Shown here in pieces: positions 52,604 through 63,850 of a DNA stretch of 64,000 nt. The DNA is from an uncultured Candidatus Poseidoniales archaeon (GTDB lineage: Archaea; Thermoplasmatota; Poseidoniia; Poseidoniales; Thalassarchaeaceae). The translations under genes and the position numbers were made by a program. Each line of letters starts with the position of its first letter. The stretch's first letter is position 1. Location: NCBI GenBank assembly GCA_902593945.1, contig CACJKA010000001.1, positions 19,316 through 83,315 on the forward strand, given 5' to 3'. The notes beneath the pieces were generated by a model. That model ran no database searches and had not been told where the DNA came from. It saw nothing but the letters and a program-made list of their open reading frames with translations.

Positions 52604-55600
52604 TCACTCTACTTCTACTTCAGATGATTCAGACTCTTCTAAATCCTCGATAACATTCTCATCAGTGATAACTTTCTGAACGATGTTTGCCTCTCCTATA
52701 TCTTCACTCCAGTCTTCGGTCCTTTCTCTTAATGCTTCTAAATTCTTATTCTCAAGAGTCGGAGATAAATCCTCGGATTCTTCCAATTCCTCTTCAATAT
52801 CTACACCGGCTCTTTCGGCAAGTCCCCCAAGAGATTTTGGAGTTCCGAGTGGCTCGGGAACTCTGGGCATTTGGTTTGGATCGGGTAAGACTAATTCTGA
52901 ACGTTCCTCATCCGACTGTTTTCTAGCAGCTTCTTCTTTTTCTATTTCTTCACTCATTTGTAATGCAGCCGCACGATCGAAATCTGTGATTCTACGGCTA
53001 CAACCATCTCCTGCATGAGTAATCCCAATATGGTGATTCGCTAGATTTAAACTAACTTTTCTGAGAGTTACCATAATGAATTGAGCTCTTTGTGAGCGCG
53101 TTAAACAAAGGCTAGCAATTAATTCTGAATTAAACGGATCTAAATTCTGATCTACTTCGTCGAAATAATAGAATGGGCTAGGCTCATAATCTTGGATAGC
53201 AAATATCAATGCTAGAGCGGCCATAGACTTTTCTCCACCTGAAAGAAGATTTCTTCTAGTTTTACTATTCTTCCCAGGGGGAACACAATCCATCTCTAAA
53301 CCACCATCGAAAGGATTCTTCTTATTTTCCAATCTTAAACTGCCAATCCCACCGGGTTGTAATCTCTCGTAGACTCTACTGAAATTTTTATTTACATGAT
53401 CGAATACTAACAACAATCTCTTCTTCCTCTCAGATTCTAGTTTCTCTGCAATTCCAACAAGGTCATCTCGTCGCTGCCGTAGAATTTTTCCATCTTCTAC
53501 AAGTCCTGCTATACGTTCAACTGCGATATCATATTGTTCTATTGCTAACATATTGACATCACCGAGATGACCGAGGCGCCTTTCAAGTCCCTGCACAACT
53601 TTTTGCGCCTCGGCCACAGTGGGTAATTGGATATCTGCTGATGGAAGTTCAATATTCTCAGCTGCTAATTCGGCAACAATCTCATTCACTGCAGCCCTTT
53701 TCTGATTTATCTGTATGTTCAAATCCTCAATTCGTGAATTAAAGGTTTGGCGTTTTTGAGATTGAGTCTCTAAGGATGCCCTTAAACTGGCTCGTTCCTC
53801 TACTATAGTATCTCTTCTTTGACTTAAAATCTGTTGTTCTTCATTAAATTGTGAAGCCTGACTCTTTAAGTCTACTAGTAAATCTCTAGATTTCTGAATT
53901 GAGGTTTCAAGTTTTGTGATTTCTATTTTTGCTTCTTCTATCGATTTTTCTTTGGAATTTATCTGCCTTTCTAGTTCGGATATTCTATCTGAAAGAATCT
54001 TTAATCTAGCATTAGTACTGATTATAGAAGATTCAGAATGTAACTTAATCCTCTCGGCTTCTGTCCTAGTTTTTTCTGCGTTACGAAGAATCTGAGAAAG
54101 ATGGTCGGGAGTGTGATTTTGTAATGCCTCCGCAGCATTTGTTCTGGACTCCAAAGCTTCGAGATATTTTTTATTTACTTCGTCCGCATTAGATTTAGCT
54201 GAGTTGAATAAAGTATCAGAATCTGAAAGCTCTTTTCGCGCTGCTAATACTTTCTTTCCAATATCATCTACATCTTTCTGTGCTCTGGAAAAATCGGATT
54301 TCCATTCTCTTATTTTTACCGATTGATCGCTGTCGTCTAATCCATGAATTTGGTCTCTTAATTCTTGTTGATTAGTTCTCAATTCTCTTAATGCTGCTTC
54401 AACTGTAGAATAAATCAGATTTGCTTCTTCCAATGACCTCTCTAATTTTTCAGTACCTAACTGCCCATGATTCCCTCCACCAAAACTTGGTCTCGATGAA
54501 CCTACAGGAGAGCCTCCGGTCATTGCCCCTGAACCTTCTATGACATCTCCTTTCAGAGTAACCATTCTTGCACCGCCCATATTCTTTCTAGCTATATCCA
54601 TTGATTGAACAATCAAAGTATTCCTTGATGCGTATCTTACTGCAATATCAATCTCAGAATCATATTCTAACAAGTCATGAGCAAAACCCAAAACTCCTGA
54701 ATTCTGAGAAACAATTAGAGTTCTACCCTGAGGTCTTGAAACGCTTAATTTGTTCAAAGGAAGGAAGGTGGCACGGCCTCCGCCATTGAGTCTTAGCCAT
54801 TTTATACATTCTGCCGCAACCTCATCATTAGTTACAACTATACTCCTAAGGCCATTTCCTAATGCTATGGCTAATGCATCTTCATGAATTGATTCTTTAG
54901 GTGAACATAACTCACCCAAGGTCCCAAGAATTCCTTTGATTTCGCCACTTTGTCTCAACTTGGAAAGGGCGGCGATTGTTATTGCAGATCCCGGCCGGTT
55001 TGCTTTTGCTTCTTGGCGCGCTCTGGCCTTGGCCAATGCGACTTCGGCATCTCTAGCCTTAATCTCACACCTATCTCTGTCTTCTCTTAACTCAATTTCT
55101 TGCTTAGTTAATCTTTGCAACTCATTAGCTAAATGTGTTCGATCAATGGTCTCGCCACCATTCTGGATATCTTCGCCCAATAACTCTAAATCATCTCTAG
55201 TAAGAGTTGCCTGTTCATATTCTTCTTCTAGATCTGCTAATTTCTCAGAAGAAATCTGAGCGTTTTGTTCTGCCCTATCTGATTCTAACTTAGCATCAGA
55301 ATAATCTTGATGAGTTTTTGTCACTAATTCTGTGGCTTGACCCAATGCACGATTCAAATCACGGCCAAGTCGATCACCCGATTGTATCGCTTCTCTGGCT
55401 TGAGTCTCATCGATTGCTGCTTTTTCTAAATCTTCTTCGGATTTAGATAAATTTATTTCGGCACTCTCGAGTTCTTGAAGCGCACTATCGTGAGCATCTT
55501 TAACTCCAAGATGATCTTCCCTTATTATCTCAATATCTTGAGTGGTTGATTCGATAATTTTAGATTGGTCGCCGATTCTATCAGTGTTGGTTTCGACATC

Positions 55601-56536
55601 AATTTCGTGCTTACGAATCGTTTCAAGTAATTCTTTAGCATCACCACTCATTATATCATCCAAATCATCTCCAATTTGGACAAGTTCCTCGTCATATTTC
55701 CCTAATTCAATATTTCCATCTCTTATTTGCCCCGTCAAATCATTAACTTGACGGCTATAATTAGAACGCTCCTCACCGAGTAAACGGACTTCATCTATTC
55801 TGTTCCTATGCCTTGACTGGTGTAAAATAATTTTATTAGCATCTAATTCTTCTTTGATATCTTTGAACTTCAAAGCTTGCTGTCTTTCTTTTTCAAGGCC
55901 TTTGAGGCGTTTTTTCTGTTCGTCTTCAAAAAGATCGATAGTTTCTATATTATTTTCAACAACTTTTCTCTGATTATTGGCACGACGAATCTCATCATCA
56001 TATGCAGTAACTCCTGCAACTTCTTCTAAAACGCCTCTCCTTTTATGCGGCGTCATAGTAGCTAGGGTAGTTACATCACCTTGCAAAACAATATTGTATC
56101 CGTCACCATGTAAACCTGCTTCTGCCAGAACTCTTCTCATTTCTGTAGCAGTAGAAGGATTGCCGTTAATGTAATATGAAGAAATAGTGTCATTCTTTCG
56201 ATTCAATCGAACTGAACGTGTAAATGAGACTTCTTCAGTTTCGATTCTTAATCTGCGGCGACCATCGACTTCAGGTTCATTTTTGAAAACAAGTGTAGCT
56301 GACATATTTCTAGCTGCTTTACCTCTACCGCCACCATTGTAGATTAACTCAGAGACATTCGAAGCTCTTAATGACCTAGTGGATTTAGGGCCAAGAACAA
56401 ATTGTATTGCATCACCGCAATTAGATTTACCTGAACCATTGGGGCCGGTGATTGCGGTGAATCCTTCTTCGAAAGGAATCACTATTTCTCCACCGAAAGA
56501 TTTGAAATTTTCAAGTTCAATTCTTACTAGATGCAT
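52604..56536 (-). CDS. smc: Chromosome segregation protein SMC, with an acidic C-terminal extension
   Basis: The N-terminus has the canonical MHLVRIELENFKSF...GPNGSGKSN. The C-terminus has the signature LSGGEKSMAALAL, Walker B (YYFDEVDQNLD) and a hinge (GTLGELCSP). Long coiled coils are present. I place the start at MHLVRI (56536); the longest ORF reaches 56593. About 120 aa of acidic tail follow the H-loop. Confidence 0.9.
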   Translation of the reverse strand: MHLVRIELENFKSFGGEIVIPFEEGFTAITGPNGSGKSNCGDAIQFVLGPKSTRSLRASNVSELIYNGGGRGKAARNMSATLVFKNEPEVDGRRRLRIETEEVSFTRSVRLNRKNDTISSYYINGNPSTATEMRRVLAEAGLHGDGYNIVLQGDVTTLATMTPHKRRGVLEEVAGVTAYDDEIRRANNQRKVVENNIETIDLFEDEQKKRLKGLEKERQQALKFKDIKEELDANKIILHQSRHRNRIDEVRLLGEERSNYSRQVNDLTGQIRDGNIELGKYDEELVQIGDDLDDIMSGDAKELLETIRKHEIDVETNTDRIGDQSKIIESTTQDIEIIREDHLGVKDAHDSALQELESAEINLSKSEEDLEKAAIDETQAREAIQSGDRLGRDLNRALGQATELVTKTHQDYSDAKLESDRAEQNAQISSEKLADLEEEYEQATLTRDDLELLGEDIQNGGETIDRTHLANELQRLTKQEIELREDRDRCEIKARDAEVALAKARARQEAKANRPGSAITIAALSKLRQSGEIKGILGTLGELCSPKESIHEDALAIALGNGLRSIVVTNDEVAAECIKWLRLNGGGRATFLPLNKLSVSRPQGRTLIVSQNSGVLGFAHDLLEYDSEIDIAVRYASRNTLIVQSMDIARKNMGGARMVTLKGDVIEGSGAMTGGSPVGSSRPSFGGGNHGQLGTEKLERSLEEANLIYSTVEAALRELRTNQQELRDQIHGLDDSDQSVKIREWKSDFSRAQKDVDDIGKKVLAARKELSDSDTLFNSAKSNADEVNKKYLEALESRTNAAEALQNHTPDHLSQILRNAEKTRTEAERIKLHSESSIISTNARLKILSDRISELERQINSKEKSIEEAKIEITKLETSIQKSRDLLVDLKSQASQFNEEQQILSQRRDTIVEERASLRASLETQSQKRQTFNSRIEDLNIQINQKRAAVNEIVAELAAENIELPSADIQLPTVAEAQKVVQGLERRLGHLGDVNMLAIEQYDIAVERIAGLVEDGKILRQRRDDLVGIAEKLESERKKRLLLVFDHVNKNFSRVYERLQPGGIGSLRLENKKNPFDGGLEMDCVPPGKNSKTRRNLLSGGEKSMAALALIFAIQDYEPSPFYYFDEVDQNLDPFNSELIASLCLTRSQRAQFIMVTLRKVSLNLANHHIGITHAGDGCSRRITDFDRAAALQMSEEIEKEEAARKQSDEERSELVLPDPNQMPRVPEPLGTPKSLGGLAERAGVDIEEELEESEDLSPTLENKNLEALRERTEDWSEDIGEANIVQKVITDENVIEDLEESESSEVEVE

Positions 56537-56715
56537 CCCATCACCGTGTAATATCAGCAATTTATCGCCGACATCATTAATCGGCTGCTGCATTTTACTC
56601 TATGAACCTTGAGGAGGACTGGGGCGCTATACCACGAAAAAACAACCTATTTTTCAAAGCCAAAAATGATTTCCAATAAGCGAAGATTCATTGACAACTA
56701 GGTCATGGAAGTAAC

Positions 56716-58353
56716 ATGAGCAACCAAGCGCATGAGGAATTAATGCCGACTGTCGACATAGCAGTAATAGGTTCGGGTATTGCAGGATTATTTTTGGCAA
56801 ATCGTTGTGCAGAAAATGGCTTGAGAGTTGCTTTGATTACAAAAAAAAGTATATCCACATCAAATACAAATTGGGCCCAAGGAGGAATCGCAGGAGTTCT
56901 AGATTCGAATGATAGAGATGCTATAGAGGCGCATGTACAAGACACATTATCATCGGGTGCAGGTTTGTGCGATGAAAAAGTAGTCAGATCAGTGGTCTTA
57001 GAAGCCTCAGATAGGATTAGAGATCTAGAAAATCATGGAGTTCGTTTCGATAAAAATCAGAAAGGAGAATATGATACAGTGAGAGAAGGCGGGCATTCGA
57101 ATCGAAGAATCTTGCATTCGAAAGATGCAACAGGAGCAGAAATCGAGAGGGCTTTGACAAAATCCACATCAGGTGAAATTGATGAGGATTTTAAGATATA
57201 TGAGAATTGGATGGCTGTAGATTTAATCCAGAGAGAATACGGCAATCCGAAAAAGGGGGTGATTGGATTGTGGTGTTTATCACCTTCTGGTAAAGTTCAC
57301 ACCATGCCTGCAAAAGCAATAATTCTAGCAACAGGAGGAGTGGGGTTTCTACATTCTTCAACTACCAATCCATCAATTGCAACTGGCGATGGAGTAGCAA
57401 TGGCATTCCGCTCTGGCGCAGATATTGAAGATATTGAATTCATCCAGTTCCATCCGACTTCGCTAGCAAGTGATGGAGAAAAACCGTTCTTGATTACTGA
57501 AGCAATGAGAGGGAAAGGAGCGGTCCTAATGATGAATGATGATTACCAAAAATGGAAAACATCAAAGAATAAATCTCCCGAAGAATTTTCATTTATGTGG
57601 AAATATTGTGATGAGGGTTCCTTAGGGACAAGAGATGTTGTAGCTAGAGCAATAGATTCAGAACTTAAGAAAACAGGAGATAAGAATGCTCTACTAATTA
57701 CTGAGCATCTAAACAGAAATGAATTGTTAGAAGAGTTTCCCAATATAGATAAGAAATTATCATCTCATGGCATAAAACTGGGAATTGACCCGATACCGGT
57801 AATTCCTGCCGCACATTATATGGTTGGCGGAGTCGATGTGGATTATTCAGGTAGAGTGAAATTAGACGGAGGAGTGATGCCCGGCTTGTATGCCATTGGA
57901 GAGGTTGCTAGAACAGGTTTGCATGGTGCGAATCGTCTCGCATCAAATAGTCTGCTTGAGGCAGTGGTTTATTCAGAAAGAGCCGCCAGAGACTTAATTG
58001 ATTTGGCTTCAAAAGATGATTTGCAAAAATTGCCAAATAATTTGCCATTTTGGCGTGCTGATGAATTGCAAGTATTAGTCGAACATGCTCCACTCCGTGC
58101 AGATTTACATGCCTTAAGAACGACTATGACGATGGACGTAGGGATAGTAAAGAATAATCATAGATTGAAGAGAGCAAAGAGAAGAATAGCACATTTGGAA
58201 GGAGAAGTAAAGAGGATTTGGGAATCTTGTAAACCGACTCAAGATTTGGTTGAGTTGAGAAATCTCATAGAAGTTGCAAAACTCGTAGTTGAAAGATCAA
58301 TAAATAGAAAGCAAAATGTAGGACTTCACTATAACCAAGATTTGGAAAATTAA
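56716..58353 (+). CDS. nadB: L-aspartate oxidase
   Basis: An FAD Rossmann motif (VDIAVIGSGIAGL) is present. WAQGGIA has no preceding His, so the FAD is non-covalent, which fits NadB rather than SdhA. RLASNSLLE is present, and the product is 545 aa. Confidence 0.8.
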   Translation: MSNQAHEELMPTVDIAVIGSGIAGLFLANRCAENGLRVALITKKSISTSNTNWAQGGIAGVLDSNDRDAIEAHVQDTLSSGAGLCDEKVVRSVVLEASDRIRDLENHGVRFDKNQKGEYDTVREGGHSNRRILHSKDATGAEIERALTKSTSGEIDEDFKIYENWMAVDLIQREYGNPKKGVIGLWCLSPSGKVHTMPAKAIILATGGVGFLHSSTTNPSIATGDGVAMAFRSGADIEDIEFIQFHPTSLASDGEKPFLITEAMRGKGAVLMMNDDYQKWKTSKNKSPEEFSFMWKYCDEGSLGTRDVVARAIDSELKKTGDKNALLITEHLNRNELLEEFPNIDKKLSSHGIKLGIDPIPVIPAAHYMVGGVDVDYSGRVKLDGGVMPGLYAIGEVARTGLHGANRLASNSLLEAVVYSERAARDLIDLASKDDLQKLPNNLPFWRADELQVLVEHAPLRADLHALRTTMTMDVGIVKNNHRLKRAKRRIAHLEGEVKRIWESCKPTQDLVELRNLIEVAKLVVERSINRKQNVGLHYNQDLEN

Positions 58354-59324
58354 TCAAAACTTGATGATTTTTCTATACCTTTTACCAAACCATGCAAGAT
58401 AGCATTGCAAGGAGTTGGAATTCCTTCTGCCTCCCCCCGCATAACTACCGCTCCACATAAAGAATCAATCTCCGTTTTCCTACCCGCCATGATATCTTGA
58501 AGCATTGAACATCGATTATCGGGAGATATTGAAACAACTTCTCTTAGATAACTTTCCAATTCAATATCTCCTAAATCAACTCCACTGGCACGAGCAACAA
58601 TTGCTGCTTCCCTCATAGCTTGAATCGCCTGTTGCCAGAGTGATTTTACCTCCAAAAGTGCACCATTCCTCACACCTGCAATAGAACAAACAGGATTAAT
58701 TGCAACATTAATTAGTAATTTTTTCCACAATATCTGTCTAATGTTATCCGATTTGGAAGCATTTAATTCCGCTTCATTCAGAATCTGTAAAATAGAATCT
58801 GTATATATTTCACCCCTCTTATCTAATGGTCCAAGGATAATCTCTCCTCTACCAACCCAATTCACTTCACCTTCACCATTACGCCAAGCCGCATGTGTAA
58901 TTGAACCAACAATTACTCTATCGCTACCAACTTTATGAGCTAATAATTCTGCATTACCAAGACCATTCTGGATAGTTAAAACACAACCATTTTCACTGAT
59001 TAATTCTGATGCTAGTTCTGATAAAGTGTGATTATCAACTGTTTTACCGCAAACTATTGCGATATCACAAGTATTTCGAATCTGCCCTGGAATAGGTCCT
59101 GAATTGCTATCCACTAGCAAGTATCTTTCACTAGGGACTACCTCGATACTACCCTCAGGAGTGTGTAATACCAATCCTAAATCTGAGAGATTCGTCGAAG
59201 TTTTACCCCTAGAAATACAGACAATATCGGCAGCGGTGTCGGCTAATGCTCCAAGAATAATGCCCCCAATTGAGCCAACGCCAATAATGGCTATTCTCAA
59301 TTTAAGCAACCTCCAATAGGACAT
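58350..59324 (-). CDS. panE: 2-dehydropantoate 2-reductase (ApbA/PanE family)
   Basis: A Rossmann motif (IAIIGVGSIGG) and an ApbA C-terminal helical domain are present. The true start may be an internal TTG just upstream of LRIAIIG. Confidence 0.65.
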   Translation of the reverse strand: MSYWRLLKLRIAIIGVGSIGGIILGALADTAADIVCISRGKTSTNLSDLGLVLHTPEGSIEVVPSERYLLVDSNSGPIPGQIRNTCDIAIVCGKTVDNHTLSELASELISENGCVLTIQNGLGNAELLAHKVGSDRVIVGSITHAAWRNGEGEVNWVGRGEIILGPLDKRGEIYTDSILQILNEAELNASKSDNIRQILWKKLLINVAINPVCSIAGVRNGALLEVKSLWQQAIQAMREAAIVARASGVDLGDIELESYLREVVSISPDNRCSMLQDIMAGRKTEIDSLCGAVVMRGEAEGIPTPCNAILHGLVKGIEKSSSFD

Positions 59325-61726
59325 TTAGAAACAAAATTTAATACTAAACCATTAGATTCTTGAGAAATCCAAAATACTCTCCAAGTTTCATTACTTTCAT
59401 CGTTAAGAGAAATACTGATATTTGCACTGCCATTGGCAGGAATTTGATTTGGAATTGAGAGATTCAAGGAATTATCGCTCTGTAAATTAGTAGATATATC
59501 AACAGTCAGAGATAGATTTTCTGATTCTTTTGAATGAATAGTAAAATCCGAGAACGGTAAACTAGAATCATTAAGGGCAGAACCATCGATAGATACCCCT
59601 AACCCTTGGTTTAACATTACAGCCTTAGATGCTCCATCCGCACAATTCACTAACCACCCCTCTCCTGAAACTAAGATGTTTTTATCGCTAAAGTTTCCAT
59701 CGAAAATTAATGGAGAGCCGTGGATCAATGATAAGTTATCTTCGGAATCCAAGTCAATTTTAGGGAATTCGGCATTAAATGGACATATCGGTGAAATCTT
59801 GTTCTCAGAGTAAAGTACTCCGTCGAACATCATGTTCAGACTAATTCCATAACTTGAATTTGAGAATATATTAGTAAATGAGTTATTGATAGGTAAATAC
59901 CAATTAACGGTATTGCCATTATCCTGTTGGAAAACTAATTCCGGAGCCATTCTATAACCCAAAATTCCATTTTCTCCCATTGCCAAAGATTCCCACCCTC
60001 CTCTTTCAGCAATTAAACAAATTTCATTTGGGCCTTCTTCAGACAAATGGCCTGAATTTTCTAAAGACCAAAAGGGATTCACTTTTACAGATAAATTTCC
60101 AGTTTGGTTACCTGCGACCTCTACTGTATTGCATATCTTATTTTTACTAGAAATATTTTCTCTCTCCCACGTTGGGCTAGGAGAGGTGATGTCGCTATAA
60201 CTAATTGAAAGAATATGTTGTAATAATTCCCCCTCAGATTCTATAATAAATCGCAACTGAACCGGAGTTTTTCTTTCAGGGAAAGTATCTTGAATTGAAA
60301 ACTTAAAAACACCCTCATTATTCTGATTAATATCTTCAAAGGTACAAATCATTTCATCATTGAAACACTCAGAATTAATTATCCATCTATCTGTTTCTCC
60401 ATCAATTAGAAGCTTAATCTTACCAGAAATTGACATTATCCCTGACGCCTTTAGTTCAAATGAATGGTTCATGCCCTCCCAAGATTCACTTGAAAATTCA
60501 TTTTCCCATTCAGAAATATCCAAACCTCCATCCCAATCATTAATATTTTCTACAGGAATTAATCCGGGAAATCCTAGTAAGATTATTACAATTGATATAG
60601 TAACCAAAAAATTTCTAGATTTATTGTCTAATTCTGAGGCTTCATCTACAATTAAAGCAACTGGGATATGCTCGCCACTAAACCTTCTCCATGATGCTAG
60701 TGAAGCTAAAATTAGCCAAGGCCAAAATGTTGTTGAAAGAAATACTAAACACATAAAAGTGAGAGTCAATAAGAAAATCGAGGTTGCATTTGAACTTTTA
60801 TCGAGATTCTTAGATCCGACAATTGAATGTAAGATTCTGTCTCCAGGAAATCCAGGAATCGGCAAAATCAGAATCCATCCGATTATTGATAGACCAAAAC
60901 CTGCCAAAGCAATAGGATGAAGCCATTGAAGTTTGATTTGAACATCATCACCTATGAATATTCCAGATAATAAATCGACAAAGAAGTTAGCTTGCAATAG
61001 CAGTGGATCGGATATAGAATCAGGAGGATTTGCAGAAGTCATAAACAATCCAATTAAAGAGAATATTGAACCGAAAAGAAGAAGCACAACTATTGAAGAT
61101 AGTTCTATAATACCTAAAGAACGTCTATTGGGATAAGTAATAGTATCTACTCTTTTCTGACCGAAAACGCCGACAATACCAAATGGCCAAAAAGGAGAAA
61201 TCAAAGGGAAGGCTATGGGTACAAGATTTCCTACATCGACTCTGAATAGAGAAGCAATATACTTCCTAATTAAGTGAGCAGAAAACATTGTTAAGAAAAT
61301 TGGGAGGCTGAAGAATGTCAGTGATTCTAAGAATAATTCATAATTGAAAATTGATGCATGATTTTCAAATTGCGATATCCAGTAACATCCAGCAAGTGTT
61401 GTAAAAATGAACATTGTTAACCAAATTAATGATTGTTGCCAAGGAGGAACATTTACTGGATCTACAGGGTACCTAATTATTGAGAGGATTGGAGGATTTC
61501 CTTCATCCAACAATCCTATCAAACTTAGTGGTTTAAGGTGCACATTTAACTCTTCAAGAACAGTACTAACATCGGATTCATCACGAGAATTTATTTCCCA
61601 AGATATTTCACTTAATCCTGATTGATTACCTATTATGAAATAACGACTACAAATTTCTTCCAGAAGCTCTCTTTGCCCCCAAGTCTCAGCATCAATAAGT
61701 ATTGATTCAACTTTTGACATAGTCAC
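59297..61726 (-). CDS. Site-2-protease (M50)-like polytopic membrane protein with a degenerate zinc site and an extracytoplasmic domain of about 450 aa
   Basis: An S2P-like LDG-type motif is present (ILPIPGFPGDRILHS). Where HExxH is expected, the sequence is MFSAHLIRKY. The N-terminal roughly 100 aa are cytosolic, multiple TM helices follow, and the C-terminal domain is large and Asn/Ser-rich. Confidence 0.5.
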   Translation of the reverse strand: MTMSKVESILIDAETWGQRELLEEICSRYFIIGNQSGLSEISWEINSRDESDVSTVLEELNVHLKPLSLIGLLDEGNPPILSIIRYPVDPVNVPPWQQSLIWLTMFIFTTLAGCYWISQFENHASIFNYELFLESLTFFSLPIFLTMFSAHLIRKYIASLFRVDVGNLVPIAFPLISPFWPFGIVGVFGQKRVDTITYPNRRSLGIIELSSIVVLLLFGSIFSLIGLFMTSANPPDSISDPLLLQANFFVDLLSGIFIGDDVQIKLQWLHPIALAGFGLSIIGWILILPIPGFPGDRILHSIVGSKNLDKSSNATSIFLLTLTFMCLVFLSTTFWPWLILASLASWRRFSGEHIPVALIVDEASELDNKSRNFLVTISIVIILLGFPGLIPVENINDWDGGLDISEWENEFSSESWEGMNHSFELKASGIMSISGKIKLLIDGETDRWIINSECFNDEMICTFEDINQNNEGVFKFSIQDTFPERKTPVQLRFIIESEGELLQHILSISYSDITSPSPTWERENISSKNKICNTVEVAGNQTGNLSVKVNPFWSLENSGHLSEEGPNEICLIAERGGWESLAMGENGILGYRMAPELVFQQDNGNTVNWYLPINNSFTNIFSNSSYGISLNMMFDGVLYSENKISPICPFNAEFPKIDLDSEDNLSLIHGSPLIFDGNFSDKNILVSGEGWLVNCADGASKAVMLNQGLGVSIDGSALNDSSLPFSDFTIHSKESENLSLTVDISTNLQSDNSLNLSIPNQIPANGSANISISLNDESNETWRVFWISQESNGLVLNFVSKCPIGGCLN

Positions 61727-61809
61727 ACCTCCATCTCAATATACACTGAACATAGAGCATCCCCTATCAAACCGTGTGTAAGACAATGAAGAAAATAAGA
61801 ATAACAAAA

Positions 61810-62427
61810 TCATTTATTCTTGAATCTCTTAAGACGGAAAGTTTCCTCCCTTTCCATTTCTTCAAGTCTAAGCTGAATAAATGACTGAGCCTCTTTCATT
61901 TCAGGTATTACAACGAATTCGAGCGCGTTCACCCTTCTCTTAGTAGCTTCAATTTCTTCTAGTAGTTTCTTCAATGTAGCTTCCATTTCGGCTGCCTTGA
62001 CGATTTTGGCAATTAAGACAGAATATGAATCTGCAGACTCATCAATGTAAGGAGAACCTCCAATAATACCTGTTGGCCTAGTTTCAACAGTAGTTGTAAG
62101 ATTGGTGCCATCCACTTTAGGTACAACTACTCCCATTATGTTTCTTCTTGAAACTGTTACTTCAGGCCCAGATGTTGCTGCTATTGCTGCACTCTTAACC
62201 GCTAAACCACCTTCTATTGAAGATGCTAATGCAATAGATTTCAAAGCATCTCGATATGTACCAACAAGTTCCTCCCTAGCTGCTATCATTTCAGCGAGTA
62301 ATGTACGGAACTCAAAAAATAATCCATCTCTTTTCATCTTAAGTAGATTGTATCCACTAGAAGTCTGCTTGATTCTACGTTTCAAATTGATTAATTCAGA
62401 ACGAGTTGGTTTGATGTCTAATGCCAT
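61810..62427 (-). CDS. atpD: V/A-type ATP synthase subunit D
   Basis: MALDIKPTRSELINLKRR is the canonical subunit-D N-terminus. The protein is 205 aa and coiled-coil. Confidence 0.85.
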   Translation of the reverse strand: MALDIKPTRSELINLKRRIKQTSSGYNLLKMKRDGLFFEFRTLLAEMIAAREELVGTYRDALKSIALASSIEGGLAVKSAAIAATSGPEVTVSRRNIMGVVVPKVDGTNLTTTVETRPTGIIGGSPYIDESADSYSVLIAKIVKAAEMEATLKKLLEEIEATKRRVNALEFVVIPEMKEAQSFIQLRLEEMEREETFRLKRFKNK

Positions 62428-62454
62428 CTATTTCTCCTCCTTAATTTACTATAA

Positions 62455-63840
62455 TTATTCTTTCTTTTCTGTAGGATGATATTTATCAATCCATTTCTGA
62501 TCAAGACGTACCAGATATTTAGTATCAATATTAGAAAGAAGTTCCCAAGCATAATCTAAAGTCCCTTCACCTATAGATCGGTCTTCATCTCGACTTTGTC
62601 GTAAGAATTGGTTTTCAAAAATATCTGCAAACTTAAGTAATTGTAAGTCCCTCTCATTCAAAGCATCTTCTCCAACAATTGCAACTAACCCTCTCAACTC
62701 TCGACCTTGAGCATAAGCAGCATACAATTGATCGGATACAGATTTGTGGTCTTCACGGGTCTTTCCATCACCTATTCCAGCGTTCATTAATCTGGATAGA
62801 GACGGCAGAACATTAATTGGAGGATAAATTCCTTTCTGGTGAAGTTCACGGGAAATAACAATCTGACCTTCAGTAATATATCCAGATAGATCAGGTATTG
62901 GATGAGTAATATCGTCACCAGGCATAGTTAGAATTGGGAACTGGGTGATTGACCCTTTCTTACCCTTAACTAATCCTGCACGCTCATACAACATAGCCAA
63001 ATCAGTGTACATATAACCAGGATAACCTCTACGTCCAGGAACCTCTTCACGAGCTGCTCCAATTTGACGTAGCGATTCACAATAGTTTGTCATATCTGTG
63101 TATATAACAAGTACGTGATAATCGTGTTCGAAAGCAAGATATTCTGCTGCAGTCAAAGCCAATCTAGGAGTAATTAATCTTTCAACAGCGGGGTCATCAG
63201 CAAGATTAACGAAAAGGCAGGCATTCTCAAGAGCACCTGTTCTTTCTAAATCATGCACGAAGAAATTATATTCTTCAGCAGTGATACCCATTGCACAGAA
63301 AACTACCACGAAATCGTCGTCACTACCAACTAACTTTGCTTGTCGAGCTATTTGCAAAGCAATATCATTGTGAGGTAAACCCGATGCGCTGAAAATTGGT
63401 AATTTTTGCCCTCTAACCAAAGAGGTACAAGCATCAATTGCAGAGATTCCTGTCTGAATAAAGGAAGATGGGCTCTGTCTCGAATATGGATTAATTGCGG
63501 CACCAATAATATCTGCCATTTCATCGGCAACAATAGCAGGTCCGCCATCTCTTGGACGCCCCGCACCATCAAGAATTCTACCTATCATATCAGTACTTAC
63601 TGGTAACTTGAAAACATCTCCAAGGAACTTAATTCCTGTTTGCTTATCAATAGATGCAGTGCCTTCGAAAACTTGTACAATGACTTGATCATCAGATGTA
63701 TCAAGAACTTGTCCATTCTTTAATGTTCCATCTGTAAGCCTTAATTCTACAATTTCTCCAAAAGCCACTGGTTCGGTCTTATTTAGGAACACAAGAGGTC
63801 CCTTTACGTCTGTAATTGTTCTATATTCTTTTCCAGTCAT
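62455..63840 (-). CDS. atpB: V/A-type ATP synthase subunit B
   Basis: The V/A-ATPase B regulatory-subunit core is present (a degenerate P-loop region and [11 protein letters not shown]), and the product is 461 aa. The RBS GGAGGTGAT lies upstream. Confidence 0.95.
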   Translation of the reverse strand: MTGKEYRTITDVKGPLVFLNKTEPVAFGEIVELRLTDGTLKNGQVLDTSDDQVIVQVFEGTASIDKQTGIKFLGDVFKLPVSTDMIGRILDGAGRPRDGGPAIVADEMADIIGAAINPYSRQSPSSFIQTGISAIDACTSLVRGQKLPIFSASGLPHNDIALQIARQAKLVGSDDDFVVVFCAMGITAEEYNFFVHDLERTGALENACLFVNLADDPAVERLITPRLALTAAEYLAFEHDYHVLVIYTDMTNYCESLRQIGAAREEVPGRRGYPGYMYTDLAMLYERAGLVKGKKGSITQFPILTMPGDDITHPIPDLSGYITEGQIVISRELHQKGIYPPINVLPSLSRLMNAGIGDGKTREDHKSVSDQLYAAYAQGRELRGLVAIVGEDALNERDLQLLKFADIFENQFLRQSRDEDRSIGEGTLDYAWELLSNIDTKYLVRLDQKWIDKYHPTEKKE

Positions 63841-63850
63841 TTATATCACC

